A stretch of DNA of 63,154 bases, counting the filler, from Octopus bimaculoides (Eukaryota), in the NCBI RefSeq assembly GCF_001194135.2. It is 7 parts of 7 records of this genome, joined end to end, with 100 filler letters (N's around TTAATTAATTAA, not from the genome) between each part and the next. Parts side by side here need not be neighbours in the genome. Positions count along the whole stretch, not along the records: positions 15,378 to 37,201 come from NC_068981.1; 6 more parts are not named here. The stretch is one strand, 5' to 3'. The position numbers and the translations under genes are program-made. The notes beneath the pieces were generated by a model. It had not been told where the DNA came from. It worked only from the letters and a program-made list of their open reading frames with translations, and did not search any database. Below are positions 23,841 to 36,899 of this stretch, one piece after another (position 1 is the first letter of the stretch; every line of letters begins with the position of its first letter).

Positions 23841-25551
23841 ATGCCATAAGTTTTCATTACCTAAATTCCACTCTTTAGGTATTAGTTAGTCTGAAGCTAT
23901 GAAAGAAGAAACTTGTTCAAGAAACATTGAAATGTGATCGAACTCAAAAATATGCCTGAACTCATACAAAACCATATCTGCGTCCACATATAGCCATGTT
24001 TGCACTTATTATTCTTTGTGTAATAGTTCTGTCAGACGGAATGAACTCCTTCACTAACAGTCCCAAGATATCATGGTAAACAATTTCCATAACCCATTGT
24101 TGACTGTTGATATTCGAGTTTCTTCACAAATGGCAACTGAGTGGATGTCATTTTATTGTCATTTCAATTTAATTTTGTTTTGATTGAATATGAGTTAACA
24201 TTAAAATGGCAATTACATTAGCCATTTAGAGAGCGTTGTGGTATATAATATATAATCAAATCTCTACAATCGAATTTTTTTTCCAATATTTAATTTGTAA
24301 GATCGTTCTATATTTTATTCATGGCTTCATTCTTATTCATTCTCATGAGACCAGAGAATTTGATTTCGGTACTGTATGACACTAAATTACTAGTCTAATT
24401 ATTTTATCCTCGATATCATCGACTCTGACAGGCGTTTGCTCTCTTGCTTAGGACAGATCACATCATCAAAATGTGGACACAAAACCATGTCTATTCACAT
24501 AAAGAGTTTTCATATTGTATGCAACGTCAGATGTAACATTGTTGTTCCTGTGTTGTCCCAGGTCAAATTTAACTGAACAAACTTATGATCAAAACCTTGC
24601 CAGCTATAACCGGGCCGACCTTTTAGGATTGTCAACGACAAAACTAACTAATGTATAGTTCTTTGTTTAAGAGGGCAAAGTTAGAGTCGACGAGAGTTGA
24701 TTGTTATTTTTTAGCCAGACATAACAATACACTACACCGGCATCTGGGACTGTTCTGTTGTTACTCGAACATCCTAGATCCCAACCCTTAAAAGCCAGGC
24801 GACTAGTTGTCATGCAATCTAACCTCTGAGCCATAGTTTCCTCACTCAGCCTTTTCTATACTGTGTTTATTCTCGAGTTCCGCTCAAATCACTATACACA
24901 GCCTTTCCTCTCCAGAATCATTAAAATAGTTGTCATGACTAACTCATTGCATACGATGCTTGACGAGGCGAGTTTCCATTATGAAACGACCAACCTTTTC
25001 CAGTACCTCTGTGTCATATTTTAATGTGCTGTCAATATGGCGTCAGTATCTCAGGTGAGTATAGAAAATATATGATTAGGGACATGGTGATGCAAGTATC
25101 ATAGATGTGAAACCTAGTAGGTTTTAAGCCCCTGTCAGACCAACCCCGTTTCTTAAGTCTACCAAACAAGATTGAAACCTTCTAAGTTTTCAAGTTGTTC
25201 TCAGACTCTAGGGGGTAAGATACCTTAATAAGTACATTTGATAACACGTGCGGCTCTATGGCTATGTTGTGTTGTTTAAAGTGTACCAAACAAGACTGAA
25301 ACCATCCCAATTTTCAAGTACTTATAATCTAGGGATCTACCACAGGGGGCAGAGTTGCTAAGGTAGACAAAAGTGTCTAATAAATCATGTATGATATCTT
25401 AAATAGGTATATTTGATTCCACGTGCGACTATATGACTATATGTCATGTTTAAATTGTATCGTGGTTGGAAACCAGTCCTTTGTAGACGAGTAATTTTAA
25501 AAAGAAAACCAGAACATCCACTTATGTGAGCATGCACGTGCACATATACAT

Positions 25552-25628
<77 letters not shown>

Positions 25629-25844
25629 CNNNNNNNNNNNNNNNNNNNNNNNNNNNNNNNNNNNNNNNNNNNNNNNNNNNNNNNNNNNNNNNNNNNNNNN
25701 NNNNNNNNNNNNNNNNNNNNNNNNNNNNNNNNNNNNNNNNNNNNNNNNNNNNNNNNNNNNNNNNNNNNNNNNNNNNNNNNNNNNNNNNNNNNNNNNNNNN
25801 NNNNNNNNNNNNNNNNNNNNNNNNNNNNNNNNNNNNNNNNNNNN

Positions 25845-25937
25845 GCACCTTAGGCGAGTGTCTTCTACTATAGCCTCGGGCCGACCAAAGCCTTGTGAGT
25901 AGATTTGGTAGATGGAAACTGAAAGAAGCCCGTCGTA

Positions 25938-25998
<61 letters not shown>

Positions 25999-26216
25999 AC
26001 GTGTGTGTGTGTGCGTGTTTGTCCCCCTAGCATTGCTTGACAACCGATGCTGGTGTGTTTATGTCCCCGTCACTTAGCGGTTCGGCAAAAAGGGACCGAT
26101 AGAATAAGTACTAGGCTTCCAAAGAATAAGTCCCGGGGTCGATTTGTTCGACTAAAGGTGGTGCTCCAGCATGGCCGCAGTCAAATGACTGAAACAAGTA
26201 AAAGAGTAAAAGAGTA
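25845..26216 (+). mobile_element. SINE family A (head in gap)
   Basis: Colinear with the 61350-61748 copy. Confidence 0.9.
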
Positions 26217-26551
26217 TATATACATAATACATACATACACACACACATATATATACATAAAACATACATACATGCACACATACATGTGTGTTTGTTATTT
26301 TGAAAAATGGAGAAAATTGAAAGTCACTTTGCTAGCGTTTGAATATAGTATATACTTATCAAAAGAGACGTCACACACATAACAAAATTACACCCACCTA
26401 ACCTCTGCATCATTTTCTATGCTTGGAGACCTTTTCTTAATGAGATACAAAGGCCATGTCCTTCTGAATGTTATTCCAAGAAAAAGAAGTGAATCAAAAG
26501 TGTTTGAAGAAAATCAGAGTAAAGTTGAAAGAAGGTATGTGTGCATGTGCA

Positions 26552-26582
<31 letters not shown>

Positions 26583-26606
26583 GTGTGTGCGTGCGTGCGT
26601 GCGTGC

Positions 26607-26760
<154 letters not shown>

Positions 26761-26894
26761 GAAGAAGGGAGAAAAGAAATCAAAATCAGAAAGAAATGTT
26801 TTTCTCCTAACCAACTAAGATCAAACTGTTCTAAGGGGAATCGTAACAGCATGTTTATCAACTTGATCATTATTATTGCTTATAGACAGAAACA

Positions 26895-26943
<49 letters not shown>

Positions 26944-27231
26944 CTGGTAAATGCTGAAAACTGAAGAGAAGTGGAAAAACAGCGAAGAAAGAGAAGAGAA
27001 AAAAGTTTCAGGAAGACAAAAGAAAGAAAGAAAGAAAGAACCAAACGACGTAGCTACAGTGCACTGCGCAATCATCCGACAATGTTGTAAGGTTGTCGTT
27101 GAAGATGGACTCTCAACAAGAACAAAATCATCAGTAAGATAAAAAAAAAAAAAGAAAATTAGAAAAAAAGAATACAATATTATGGTCTGGTATCATGTCT
27201 TGAGTGTCTCATTGTTTGGTAAGGATTAATT

Positions 27232-27440
27232 TTAAATTTTGGCACAAGGACAGTAATTTCGGGGAAGTGGATAAGTCGTTTACATTAAACCAGTGCTCAG
27301 ATGGTACTTATTTTATCGACCCCGAAAAGATGAAAGGCAAAGTCGACCTTGGCGGAATTTGAACATAGAATGTTAAGACGGACGAAATGCTGTTAAATAT
27401 TTTGCCTGGCGTGCTAACAATTCTGCCAGCTCACCGTCTT
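27232..27440 (-). mobile_element. SINE family B, full length
   Basis: Reverse complement of the 53250-53478 copy. Confidence 0.88.
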
Positions 27441-27559
27441 GACAATATATAAGATGAAAGCGTGTGCATGTGTGTGTGTATGTGCATGTGTGTGTGTGTG
27501 TGTATGTGTGTGTGCATGTGTATGTGTGTGTGCGTGTGTATGTGTGTGTATTAGTGAGT

Positions 27560-27604
<45 letters not shown>

Positions 27605-27695
27605 AGAGAAATAAAAAAACAAAATAGAATTGAAATACATGCGTACACACATATATACATATATAAATACAGACAGACAGACACAAAAAGAAAGG

Positions 27696-27877
27696 AATCA
27701 GCTGATACGCACTTTATATAAATAATCTGTAAGCGGAAGAATAAAAATATGCAAGACTTTTTCTCAAACTCCAAATGTGACATTGCTTTTGTTACTTACA
27801 ATCCCAGCGACGAAGCTTTCTTTCTTTGTCAGAAAGCAGCACCTTTCTTACAGGAAATAATTAGAAACAGAAAAGAA
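27696..27877 (+). mobile_element. 3' end of R4-like element followed by a CATA-rich tract
   Basis: NQLIRTL..SVSGRIKICKTF, then a 3' UTR, then catacgtacatac. Confidence 0.7.
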
Positions 27878-27922
27878 CATACGTACATACACATGTTTGT
27901 ATCTATATATGCATATATGTTT

Positions 27923-27974
<52 letters not shown>

Positions 27975-28078
27975 ACGCACGCACACACACGTTTATATTC
28001 ACTCATACATGTGCCTTAACATACATGTATGTGAATATGCATACAAATATATACATAAATGTATACTGCATGCGTACA

Positions 28079-28126
<48 letters not shown>

Positions 28127-28129
28127 CAT

Positions 28130-28318
28130 AAGTGGCGTATGGTGTTTGTTGTATTGGGTGTGCTGCCACACCCAATGCCACCAAATTTCAAGCAGAGGTA
28201 TAACAAAAGTTTTCCATTAAGATTTGTGATTAAATTAATGAGTTAATATTTATAATGAATTTGCCATTTTCGTTGGGCGTGCAGCGCACACCTAGCACAC
28301 CCGGAAGATACCCCATTA
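28130..28318. mobile_element. Probable hAT-type MITE inside a (TA)n tract
   Basis: Ends AGTGGCGTAT / ATACCCCATT (8/10 inverted match) with subterminal GGGTGTGC..CACACCC motifs at both ends. Confidence 0.5.
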
Positions 28319-28331
28319 TATATATATGTGT

Positions 28332-28367
<36 letters not shown>

Positions 28368-28439
28368 GCGTGCGTGTGTGTGTATTTTGTATAAGTGTGT
28401 GTATACAAGTACAAATCTACATTTATATAAATGTATATA

Positions 28440-30540
28440 TATAGGTTTCATATTATTGTTAAATGTATAAAGGATAAAACTAACATAATCAAACAGGAGG
28501 TTATAACGAGTAATAAGTATAAGAGTTAAAGTAACGAATTATGGAAAATAGAAGCAGAAGGTAACAGAGGTTGTTACGGAAAAAAAATCAATAAGCTAAC
28601 TGTAACGATAGAAAAGAGTCAATCCTAGACAGGAAAGGGTTAAACAATACCTTAGCTGCAGAAAAAAATTTGTAGTTGTTCCTGCGGATAAAGCACCGGG
28701 TAATTATGCGATTATTTTCAAGAAGTATTATATTAGCACAGGAAATAATAACTAAGGAGTATAATTTCTGTGGCAATGTCACAAATGTGTTGGTTAATGA
28801 GAAAATGGAGTCGTTGATTAATAAGAATTAAAGGTTAAAATTAGAGTTAGATAGAAGTGACATGGATAGAACAAGCTGTTGTAGCCCTAAGTTTATTTTG
28901 GTTATGAAAGTACATAGCAACTAAAATACAGTTAAAGAAATAGCTATTGTTAATGGTGCATGGAACATAAGGTCGAATTTTCTTTGACATTGCAATGCCA
29001 ATTACTAGAGTACTGGGATTGCTTTGATGTTGTGTATCATCAGACTGAGCTTAGAATACTTAGAAAAAATCTCAAGAGCCTAAAGAAGGTTAAGACAATG
29101 CATGAGTATGGCTTTTCTATACTATATACTAATCTAAATTTAAAGCTAGTGGAGGTGGGTATATTTAAGCTAATAGAGTTAATATATAGGAATGAATATA
29201 TGTGTATATCAATTAAATGGTGAAGGGCTTTTATCTAATATTAGACATAATGGATGTAGTAGTACTAAAAAAATGCTAAGCAGAAAGGTTAGTCAGATTT
29301 ACTCTAATGTGTATGCTTCGTTCGCGAATCAAAATTTTAAACAGGTTAGAAATGTTCTAATGATAGAGTAATTGTTGCCCTCTTTTAGCGGATATTTATT
29401 TAGCATGATGCGTGTTTAGTTTTCTAAAAGAATTATGTGAAAGGAAGAAGTCAGGTTTGGTGAAGCAACTTCATGAATATTGTAGACACATTGATGATAT
29501 ATTAGTTCTTAATTTTAGGTTTTTGAATAAACATTATACAAAATATATCCTAGGGATTTAGAAGCCAGTAGAAATGGTTAGGAATTTGTAAAGTTAGTCA
29601 TCTAGACGTTACGATAGTGGTATGTAATGTGTCCTTGGTCTTAAGACTGATGAATTCAGTTTTAAGATTATCGTTTTGCTAGATGCTGAAAATTGTTCAA
29701 CTTAAGAAATGTGTTACAGTGTATTCGCAGCACAAATTATAAGATTAGAAAGAATAATTAATAAAGTAGAACCATCCATAATCATATCTGATTTAGAATG
29801 TGTGCGTAACTGAACCTTAAGTGTTCACAGTAGAGCTATAAACACTTAAGGTCCAAATGTAATGTTATTTGTTGTCATAACTATTTGTTTCTGAATATGT
29901 TCGTAGTTATAGTGCATCTATGTTGATTAGTATAATTTATGTTATTCGTATTTATTATACATCGCTTATTCTTTACATATTATATTTATAGCTCGTTGAA
30001 TTGTTGATTGATTTGGGTAATTATTAATTTTATAATTTATTTAATTGAATTTTTGTGTTACAATATAATAGGGTTATAGAAGCTTAAGTTTATGACTATG
30101 AGCTGGGTGCAAACTGTAATTTTAGTATATTCTCAGGCAGTGTTCTATTTCTGAGGCTGTTTGACACCGACGAAAATACTGATACTGCCTATAGGTGTCG
30201 AAATTATGTTCATATTCGTTAGGCAGCTGAAGAGAGAATTCCCGGTTTTCTCAAGTTTATTCCTTAGTTGGCTATAGTTCTATATTTCTAGGGTCATCAG
30301 ACTGATTGAGTACTATGTATTTGTAGGTATAGTTGTTTATATGTTTATATATTTTAATGTTGGATTCTGATATTTGATTGTGGTGTTTATCTGTTGTTTT
30401 AGTTTTTTTTTAGTTTCTAAAGTTAAACATTTGATTCTAGAATTGTTAAACTGCTCAGTTCATTTATTTCATACCTTTTGGATTAGGATACTGGTTTAGG
30501 ATATTTAATTTGAAGATAGTTTTTAAATGAAAAGTTTAAC
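28440..30540 (+). mobile_element. Decayed Penelope-like retroelement (DFSTLYT-type RT, possibly Naiad/Chlamys-like)
   Basis: Frameshifted motifs in order: VVPADKAPGN (28675), EYGFSILYTNL (29104), PLLADIYL, YCRHIDDILVLN (29478), YPRDLE, HLDV and KTDEFSFKI (29643). An AT-rich 3' region follows with hammerhead-like remnants. Confidence 0.8.
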
Positions 30541-30612
30541 TTACACTCTTTATTTAACGATACAGGGTAAAAACGTTGCGTATATGTGTGCATGTATGTG
30601 TGTGTGTATAAT

Positions 30613-30843
30613 TAGATAAATGACAAAGGAACAGGAAATTATGCAATGAACTTCATTAGCTTGCAACAGTTTCTGCTATAAGATGCAGTGCACTCAGAGC
30701 TGAGTGTGTGTGCATCTCCTAATAGCTATTTGGGAGCTCCGAAGTGATATACTCAGTTTAGAGTGCACAGCATCTTATAGTAGAAACTGCTGTAAGCTTA
30801 TGAAGTTCACAACATAATTTTCTGTTCCTTTGTCATTTACCTA
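30613..30843. mobile_element. Near-palindromic MITE/foldback with 93-bp arms
   Basis: Arms 30613-30705 and 30751-30843 are reverse complements (roughly 10 mismatches), with TA at both ends. The loop contains another hairpin (ctcctaatag/ctatttgggag). Confidence 0.88.
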
Positions 30844-31049
30844 TACAGAAGATTTAAAATTGAATTACCATAAGTTTCATGGTTACGGTAGTATTATATA
30901 TATATATATATATNNNNNNNNNNNNNNNNNNNNNNNNNNNNGTATGTATGTGTGTGTGTGTGTGTGGTAAATACATTTATATATCTTCAGAACATTGTTT
31001 TTTTATGTTAAAGATTCTTATGACATTGAGATAGACAGCGTAATAAGAT

Positions 31050-32760
31050 TAAGATAACGTAGGAACAATATAATAAATTACAGTCTTTCGTGGCTTTAAG
31101 TGATTTAGCAGACTAATAATAAACAACTTGCAGCTGAAATTGGTTGTTTCTTCCAAACTGTTAGTGACACCTGGTCATTTACATCCACTATCACCTTGAC
31201 ATTTGCATCGACTAAATTTCGTTGGAAAAGCTTTCCTGCTCTGTGAATGACACTAAAACCATCTCTGTAAGTAAAACAATAACAGTAGAATTGTTGTATA
31301 ATCTCCCTACTTCCAACAAAAGCTCGTCATTCTTCAAAATATTGCGCACCATTGTGCCATCCAGGGTCACTATTGTGAAACAAAAAAGTAACAAATTGAG
31401 TGAAGATGTCAAAATAAATATAAGGTCCTTGTTGATAGTGCGTGTTTTGGATGAATTATGCCATCTCTATTTCTTGGAGGGACTCCGTTGGAAAATGGTG
31501 CCATCTAATGTCAGCGCCTCGACTGAAGTGCAGTTCATATTGATTGACAACTGTATTTTCTCTGATGGTAACTCTACCATGCGCATATTTCTGTATACTT
31601 TAACGTATGAGTTGTTAGAAACCTAGTTTCTCGTATAGTACTCTTCACATTAGGCAAACATTTAGGATTTTGATGTGTTTGTATCCGATATTATAAATCT
31701 TTATAAATATCAATAACGTAAAGTTGGCCATATGTTGGATGACCAATTCCAAGAACAAAAATGTTCTGAACAAATGTGGTGTTTCCTTCAGGTCTGGTAA
31801 ATTTTGCATCAAATGAAGCAAAGGAAACAGCTCAATTATAATTTCGGATATTTTCCCCGATATTATTAGTTTTCTCATTATTCGCATCAAGGAATAGTTT
31901 GAGTTCATTAGGATAAGGTTGCAAAGGAGGAAGTAGTCTTTTTCCGTGAAGGCTCTAATCCGTTGACTTTATCTTAAACTTTCATTTATTTTCATTGTTC
32001 TGCCGTCATCCTTTTCCTACATCATTTTGTTATTTCTTTTGTCACTGCAAGTATTCGGTTTCATTTCATGTTAAAGGTTGTTTTAAATGTGAAGCGAGAA
32101 TAAAATTTGTAGTGCAAACCTTACGGAATTGTAAAAAATCAATGTGAGATGCGAACAGAATTTCTAGTGCAAACGTTTACTTTTCCTCATGATAAATTTG
32201 AACGATTAAGCGGCTCAGTTCTCAATTTCAAAGCATCACAATGCAGACAGAATTTATTTCTCTGAAGGTGAAGGATTCACTTGTTCATTCTGATGTTATA
32301 TCATCAGAGCACTGCACTGTTCTTGACGTTGTCTTCTTGTTTGATTCTCAGATTAAAGAACTGTTTTTCATTTATGTTTGCTCGTCATATTCAATTCCTT
32401 ACTGAAAGTTTTTCTTGATATTCCCCCCTGCTATTCTTCGCCCGTGTTATTTCGTCGGCTTCCTTCTTTCGATATTGTCGCATATGACAACTCGATATGC
32501 ACCGTCCACACTCTCTCATCGAACCTGTTGACTTCTTCCTAGACACCTTATAGATATACTGCTCATTTGTGCTCAGTTATGCCGACTCTTATTCATTGAT
32601 TTTGCCTTAAACTTACATTTATTTCCTGTCTTTTTTGTCCCTTCCTCCTTTACCTGTATTATCTCATTATTTCTTTTGTTACTGCAAATCTTCAGTTTCG
32701 CTGTTTCAATGTGAAGCTAGAATAATTTGTCGTGTAAACCCCAGGAAAAATTTTAACAGT
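31050..32760 (-). mobile_element. Decayed Helitron Rep/helicase N-terminal region
   Basis: Minus-strand motifs CLHCDALK, GKRLLPPLQPYP, ENIRNYN*AVSFASF, PTYGQLYVID, VPPRNRD, DPGW and QQFYCY..RDGFSVIHRAGKLFQRNLVDANVK are typical of Helitron Rep. A direct repeat lies at about 32030-32130 / 32665-32750. Confidence 0.8.
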
Positions 32761-33761
32761 TATTGAAAACATAGATCCAGTAATCATTTGTGTTAACTAA
32801 TGAGAGAATTGAACAATTATTTAAAAATATTAGATATGTTAATCTTTTTATATAAAACAAAAATAACACACTTTTAACCCAGGAAAATACCCCCAGTGCT
32901 TTTGTTAAGTGAATACAAAATCACTTTCCTTCTGGAAGAGTTTAAATGTATTGAGAATAGAAATTTGTTCAGTAAACTGCCGATTTTTTTCAGAAATGAG
33001 AAAGAAAATAATAAGGATAAAATTTTGGTGTGCTAAAATATGCGAAAGTGTAGAAAGAAAATACTGTAGCACAATCTGTTACTCAATCAATGTAAATGTT
33101 TATCGTGCTAAAAGTAAAGGCGAAAGTATTTCTCTAGGAAGCTAAATTATTAAGGATTGAGTGTTTTCCTTGAAAATGAAATTTATGAAGGAAAGAGAGA
33201 ATGAAAATAAAGTAAATATGGGATAGCAGAGCGTCGGCTTGGTACTATAAAGCAACCGGTGTAACAAAACGTGCTGAATCGCTGTGGAATTGTGTCAGAA
33301 GAAATAAACGAAACATTGTACACATTTACAACTATGCAAGAGAGTGCATACACACATATTTCCGTGATTGTGTTTTTCAGAGATGCTAGTTATCTTTTCT
33401 CAGTGATAGCAATACTCCTTTCTGTTTCAGTAGTGATTTTGTTTGCAGCTCCAGTTTCTACTGATACTGCTGCAGTAATTGTTATTGTTGTTGTTGCTTT
33501 ATAGGCAGTACGAATCTTAATTCATCTGACCTATTTTGTGGGCGAACGTCCCTAAATGATTGGCGCGACCACATTTATGGAACTTTTGCTTTCTACTATC
33601 TGCTACAACGAGCATTTGGCTATCATTTGACATGTTTATAGAATCGGAGATTCAGTTTTCTTTTATTCGGTCTTGGTCAGGAGTTTCCGTTTTTTCCATC
33701 TCCGGCCCCATCTTTTTGGTCGAGCTTTCTTGTTTTGTGCCTTGTGGAATTTGTCCTGGTT

Positions 33762-33915
33762 CTTTACTTTCCGAGTTCAATTCTTGCCGAGATTAACTTT
33801 ACTTTTCATCCTTCTGCGGTCGGTAAAACAAAGTACCAATCAAATACTGAGATCAAAGGTATAGACTTACTCTCTCCCCTTAAAACCACTGGCTTTGTAC
33901 CTAAATTAGAAGTAA
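33762..33915 (+). mobile_element. SINE family B, degenerate 3' part
   Basis: ccgagttcaattcttgccgag...tttcatccttctgcggtcggtaaaacaaagtacc. Confidence 0.65.
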
Positions 33916-34463
33916 TAATTTTTTGGTGAATATTATGAAGGGAAATCTAAACTCAGTTTCTTGCTGCTCTGGTGGAAAAAGTAAAGAAATTGTGGTATTC
34001 TTCATGATATTGTAGTTGCTGCTATAGGTGTGGTGGTAATCGTGAATGTCGTAGCGGTGGTTGTAGAAATGCTACATGTTATCATTGTAATAGCTATTGT
34101 GTCATTTGTAGCGAAGGTTTTGGTGAAGATGGCCGCGCTGTTGCTGTTGCTTTGAATTTCTGTAATGAGAGGGATAAAAATCAAAAGCCTCCATTGTTTC
34201 AGTGAAAGCAAGATTCTCTCGCTCTGCATCGTCTGCTCTCTAATTTCTCTGACTTTCTCTCCTCTTCGTTTCCAGAATGCATTATTTTCAGAACAAAATT
34301 TGAAAAAAACTCTTAACAAATCAACGTTTTGGACCAATCCTGTCTCTTCTGTTCCGAACAAATTGTGTAACAATATTAAAGACAACGCAAATACTAATTT
34401 GGAAAAAAAATCAGAACTTTCAGATAAATAAATTAGCATGGCGTTCATACTGAAAGCAGTAGC

Positions 34464-34497
<34 letters not shown>

Positions 34498-34899
34498 GTA
34501 TGCACTGCTCTCTCAGTCAATAATAATAATAATAATAATAATAAACGATAAGCGCTCTATAGTGAAGGATGAATGCAAATGGTTTCAACCGAGAATCAAA
34601 AGCAACCTGTAGGATGTTATCTTTTATATTCCGGTTCTCGTTAATTCGTTCATTAATGACGATGTAGAGAAATTGAAAAAAATCATCGACAATGTTTCAC
34701 AATCTCAAATACATCACTGGATTACATCACTTTAATGCACCAACTTAATGTTTGCCGCTAAAAATCCATTCTTAGTGTCGTGTCATCCTATTTTCTAATT
34801 AAGACGTTAGAAGAGAGGTATTGGTTATGAGGTAGAAAACCATGGGGATGTAATATCAGTGGTTTATCAGTCACCGGATTAATGCCTACAACTGGTAAA

Positions 34900-35220
34900 T
34901 ATGCTGGAGCACTGCGTTGAAGGGTTTAGTCGAACAAATCGACCCCGGTAAATATTTTCTTAAAGTCTGGTATTATTCTATCGATCTCCTTTACAGAACC
35001 ACTAAGTTACGGGAACGTAAACAAACCGACACAGATTGACAAGGTGTGATGCGGACAAACACAGCACATACACACATACGTATGTACATCTATACGATTA
35101 GCTTCCACACATTTTCCGTCTATCAAATTCATTTACAAGGTACCGCACTATGGGACTGAACCCGAAACCACAATGTTGTGAAACGAGCTTCTAAACCACA
35201 CAAGCATGCCTACGCCTAGA
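34900..35220 (-). mobile_element. SINE family A, old copy
   Basis: atgctggagcac...aaatcgacccc...ctaagttacggg...gggactgaacccg. Confidence 0.75.
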
Positions 35221-35724
35221 GCTCAGTTTATTAAATTCATATATAGACTTTGTTACCCTTTTACTGAAGCGACAACACATTTCCATCTTTGTCAAGTTCG
35301 GACAAAAGACAAGTAAATTCTTCACTTCCCATATTAATTGAATATTGAGCTGTTCTACGGATGAGCTCTTCATTAGCCTAGTAGTTACTGACGCAGACCG
35401 TCACAAGCTTTCTCAGATTCCGGTTACTCATAATTTATACTACCATTCAAAAATATGAGGTGTAAGGGAAGCGAAATGAATTTAAGGAAGAAACTAACAT
35501 GTCCTTCGGACTTGACTTAACAATTTACCACTACGCTATCACGACATGCATACTGATACAATTGGAAACAAAGCAGTCAACATTTCTAAGCTAGTCAGCT
35601 ATGGCATTCAATTCATCAGCTCTACTTTACCCAACTATTTCCTCTTACACAAAACATCATGTTATAGGCAGTGGCCCGGGAACAAAATTTGCTTAGGGGG
35701 TGCAAACTCAGTTTCAAAATTTGA

Positions 35725-36394
35725 CACTACTGGAGAAGTGTGGATCCGAGTTCTGGGAGTGTGCATGTCACAAATTTGCGCATGCGCCCGCGTTAGTCGT
35801 AAGTAGCCGAATTTAGCACACAGGTAAAAAAAACCAGACGCTCGCTACTTGCTGTAAATGGAGGGTGGGTTATCCATCTAATACAAGAAGAAAATTGCAG
35901 ATAAATTGAATAAAAACATGAAAAATAACAAAATGATATTTCATTGAAAAGTAAACCATTCTGAAAGATAGTTCAGAATGTTTTCAAAACATTCATCTCC
36001 AGCTTTTCCCATATTTTATTAAGGGTTAGGGATTAGGGTTAGGGTTTAGGGTTAGGGTTTAGGGTTAGGGGTTAGGTTTAGGGTTAGGGTTTAAAGTTAG
36101 GTTTAAAGAGGTGAATGTTTTTTCAGTATTCAATGATTATTTTTCACTTTTATATTCAACTTATCTGCAATTTTCTTTTTGTATTACATGGATAACCTCG
36201 CTCCTTTTACAGCAAGTAGCACGCGTCCGAGCATCTCGTTGTTTACCTCTGTGTTAAAATCAACTAGTAGCGCGAATCCGCGCGTGTCGTCATTTGCCTT
36301 GTGAGCTAAAATTGACTACTTACAACTAATGCACGTGCACGCGCAAATTTGTGACATGCGCACTCTCAGAACTCAGGTCCACGCTTCTGTAGTA
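35725..36394. mobile_element. About 670-bp palindromic non-autonomous DNA element with a central telomere-like array
   Basis: Arms 35725-35999 and 36108-36394 are reverse complements with indels. Ends are CACTAC / GTAGTA. The central segment 36019-36104 is made of TTAGGG/TTTAGGG variants. Confidence 0.85.
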
Positions 36395-36899
36395 CCCAAA
36401 ATTTTTACAAACAAGGTGAAGTTTTCTAATTTGGGTATCAAAACAAACAAATGTTCAATAATAATAACTTTTATTATTATGAGGATCGACTGGAAAGTTA
36501 ACAGGCTGACCAATATATTGTCATAGAATGTGGCCAAATGAAGTTCATTTTTAAATATTAGGATCTTTTCTGCTTGATTTCACCGTCTGAAATTTTAAAA
36601 TTAAGCGAAAATTTTCAAATTTGATATATTGGTGTAATTTTTCCCGTTGAATCTGATGTTATTCACTTATTCCAGAAAAATTTAGAAAACTGTAACAGAG
36701 GTTTAAAGTTTGATCATTTTCCCCTCCATCAGAGAACAAGATGTGGAAGCTGGCATTTTGTACAAGGTGACAACATTACAATGTTAAAACATTCAACGAT
36801 GGAAGTTTTAATAAAGTTTTGTGAAATGCTGGATAAACATACTGTTGGTTTAGTTCATGTGAACAATACACATTTTTGAAATTGGAATAAAATTGAGGC

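Noticed and set aside
28440-30540. AT-rich, T/G-skewed block first suspected to be a mitochondrial insertion
   Set aside because: No mitochondrial gene or tRNA was recognisable. The translated motifs are those of a Penelope-like RT.
34002-34520. 172-aa minus-strand ORF
   Set aside because: It begins and ends in trinucleotide low-complexity DNA, and its middle has no recognisable domain or convincing splice sites.
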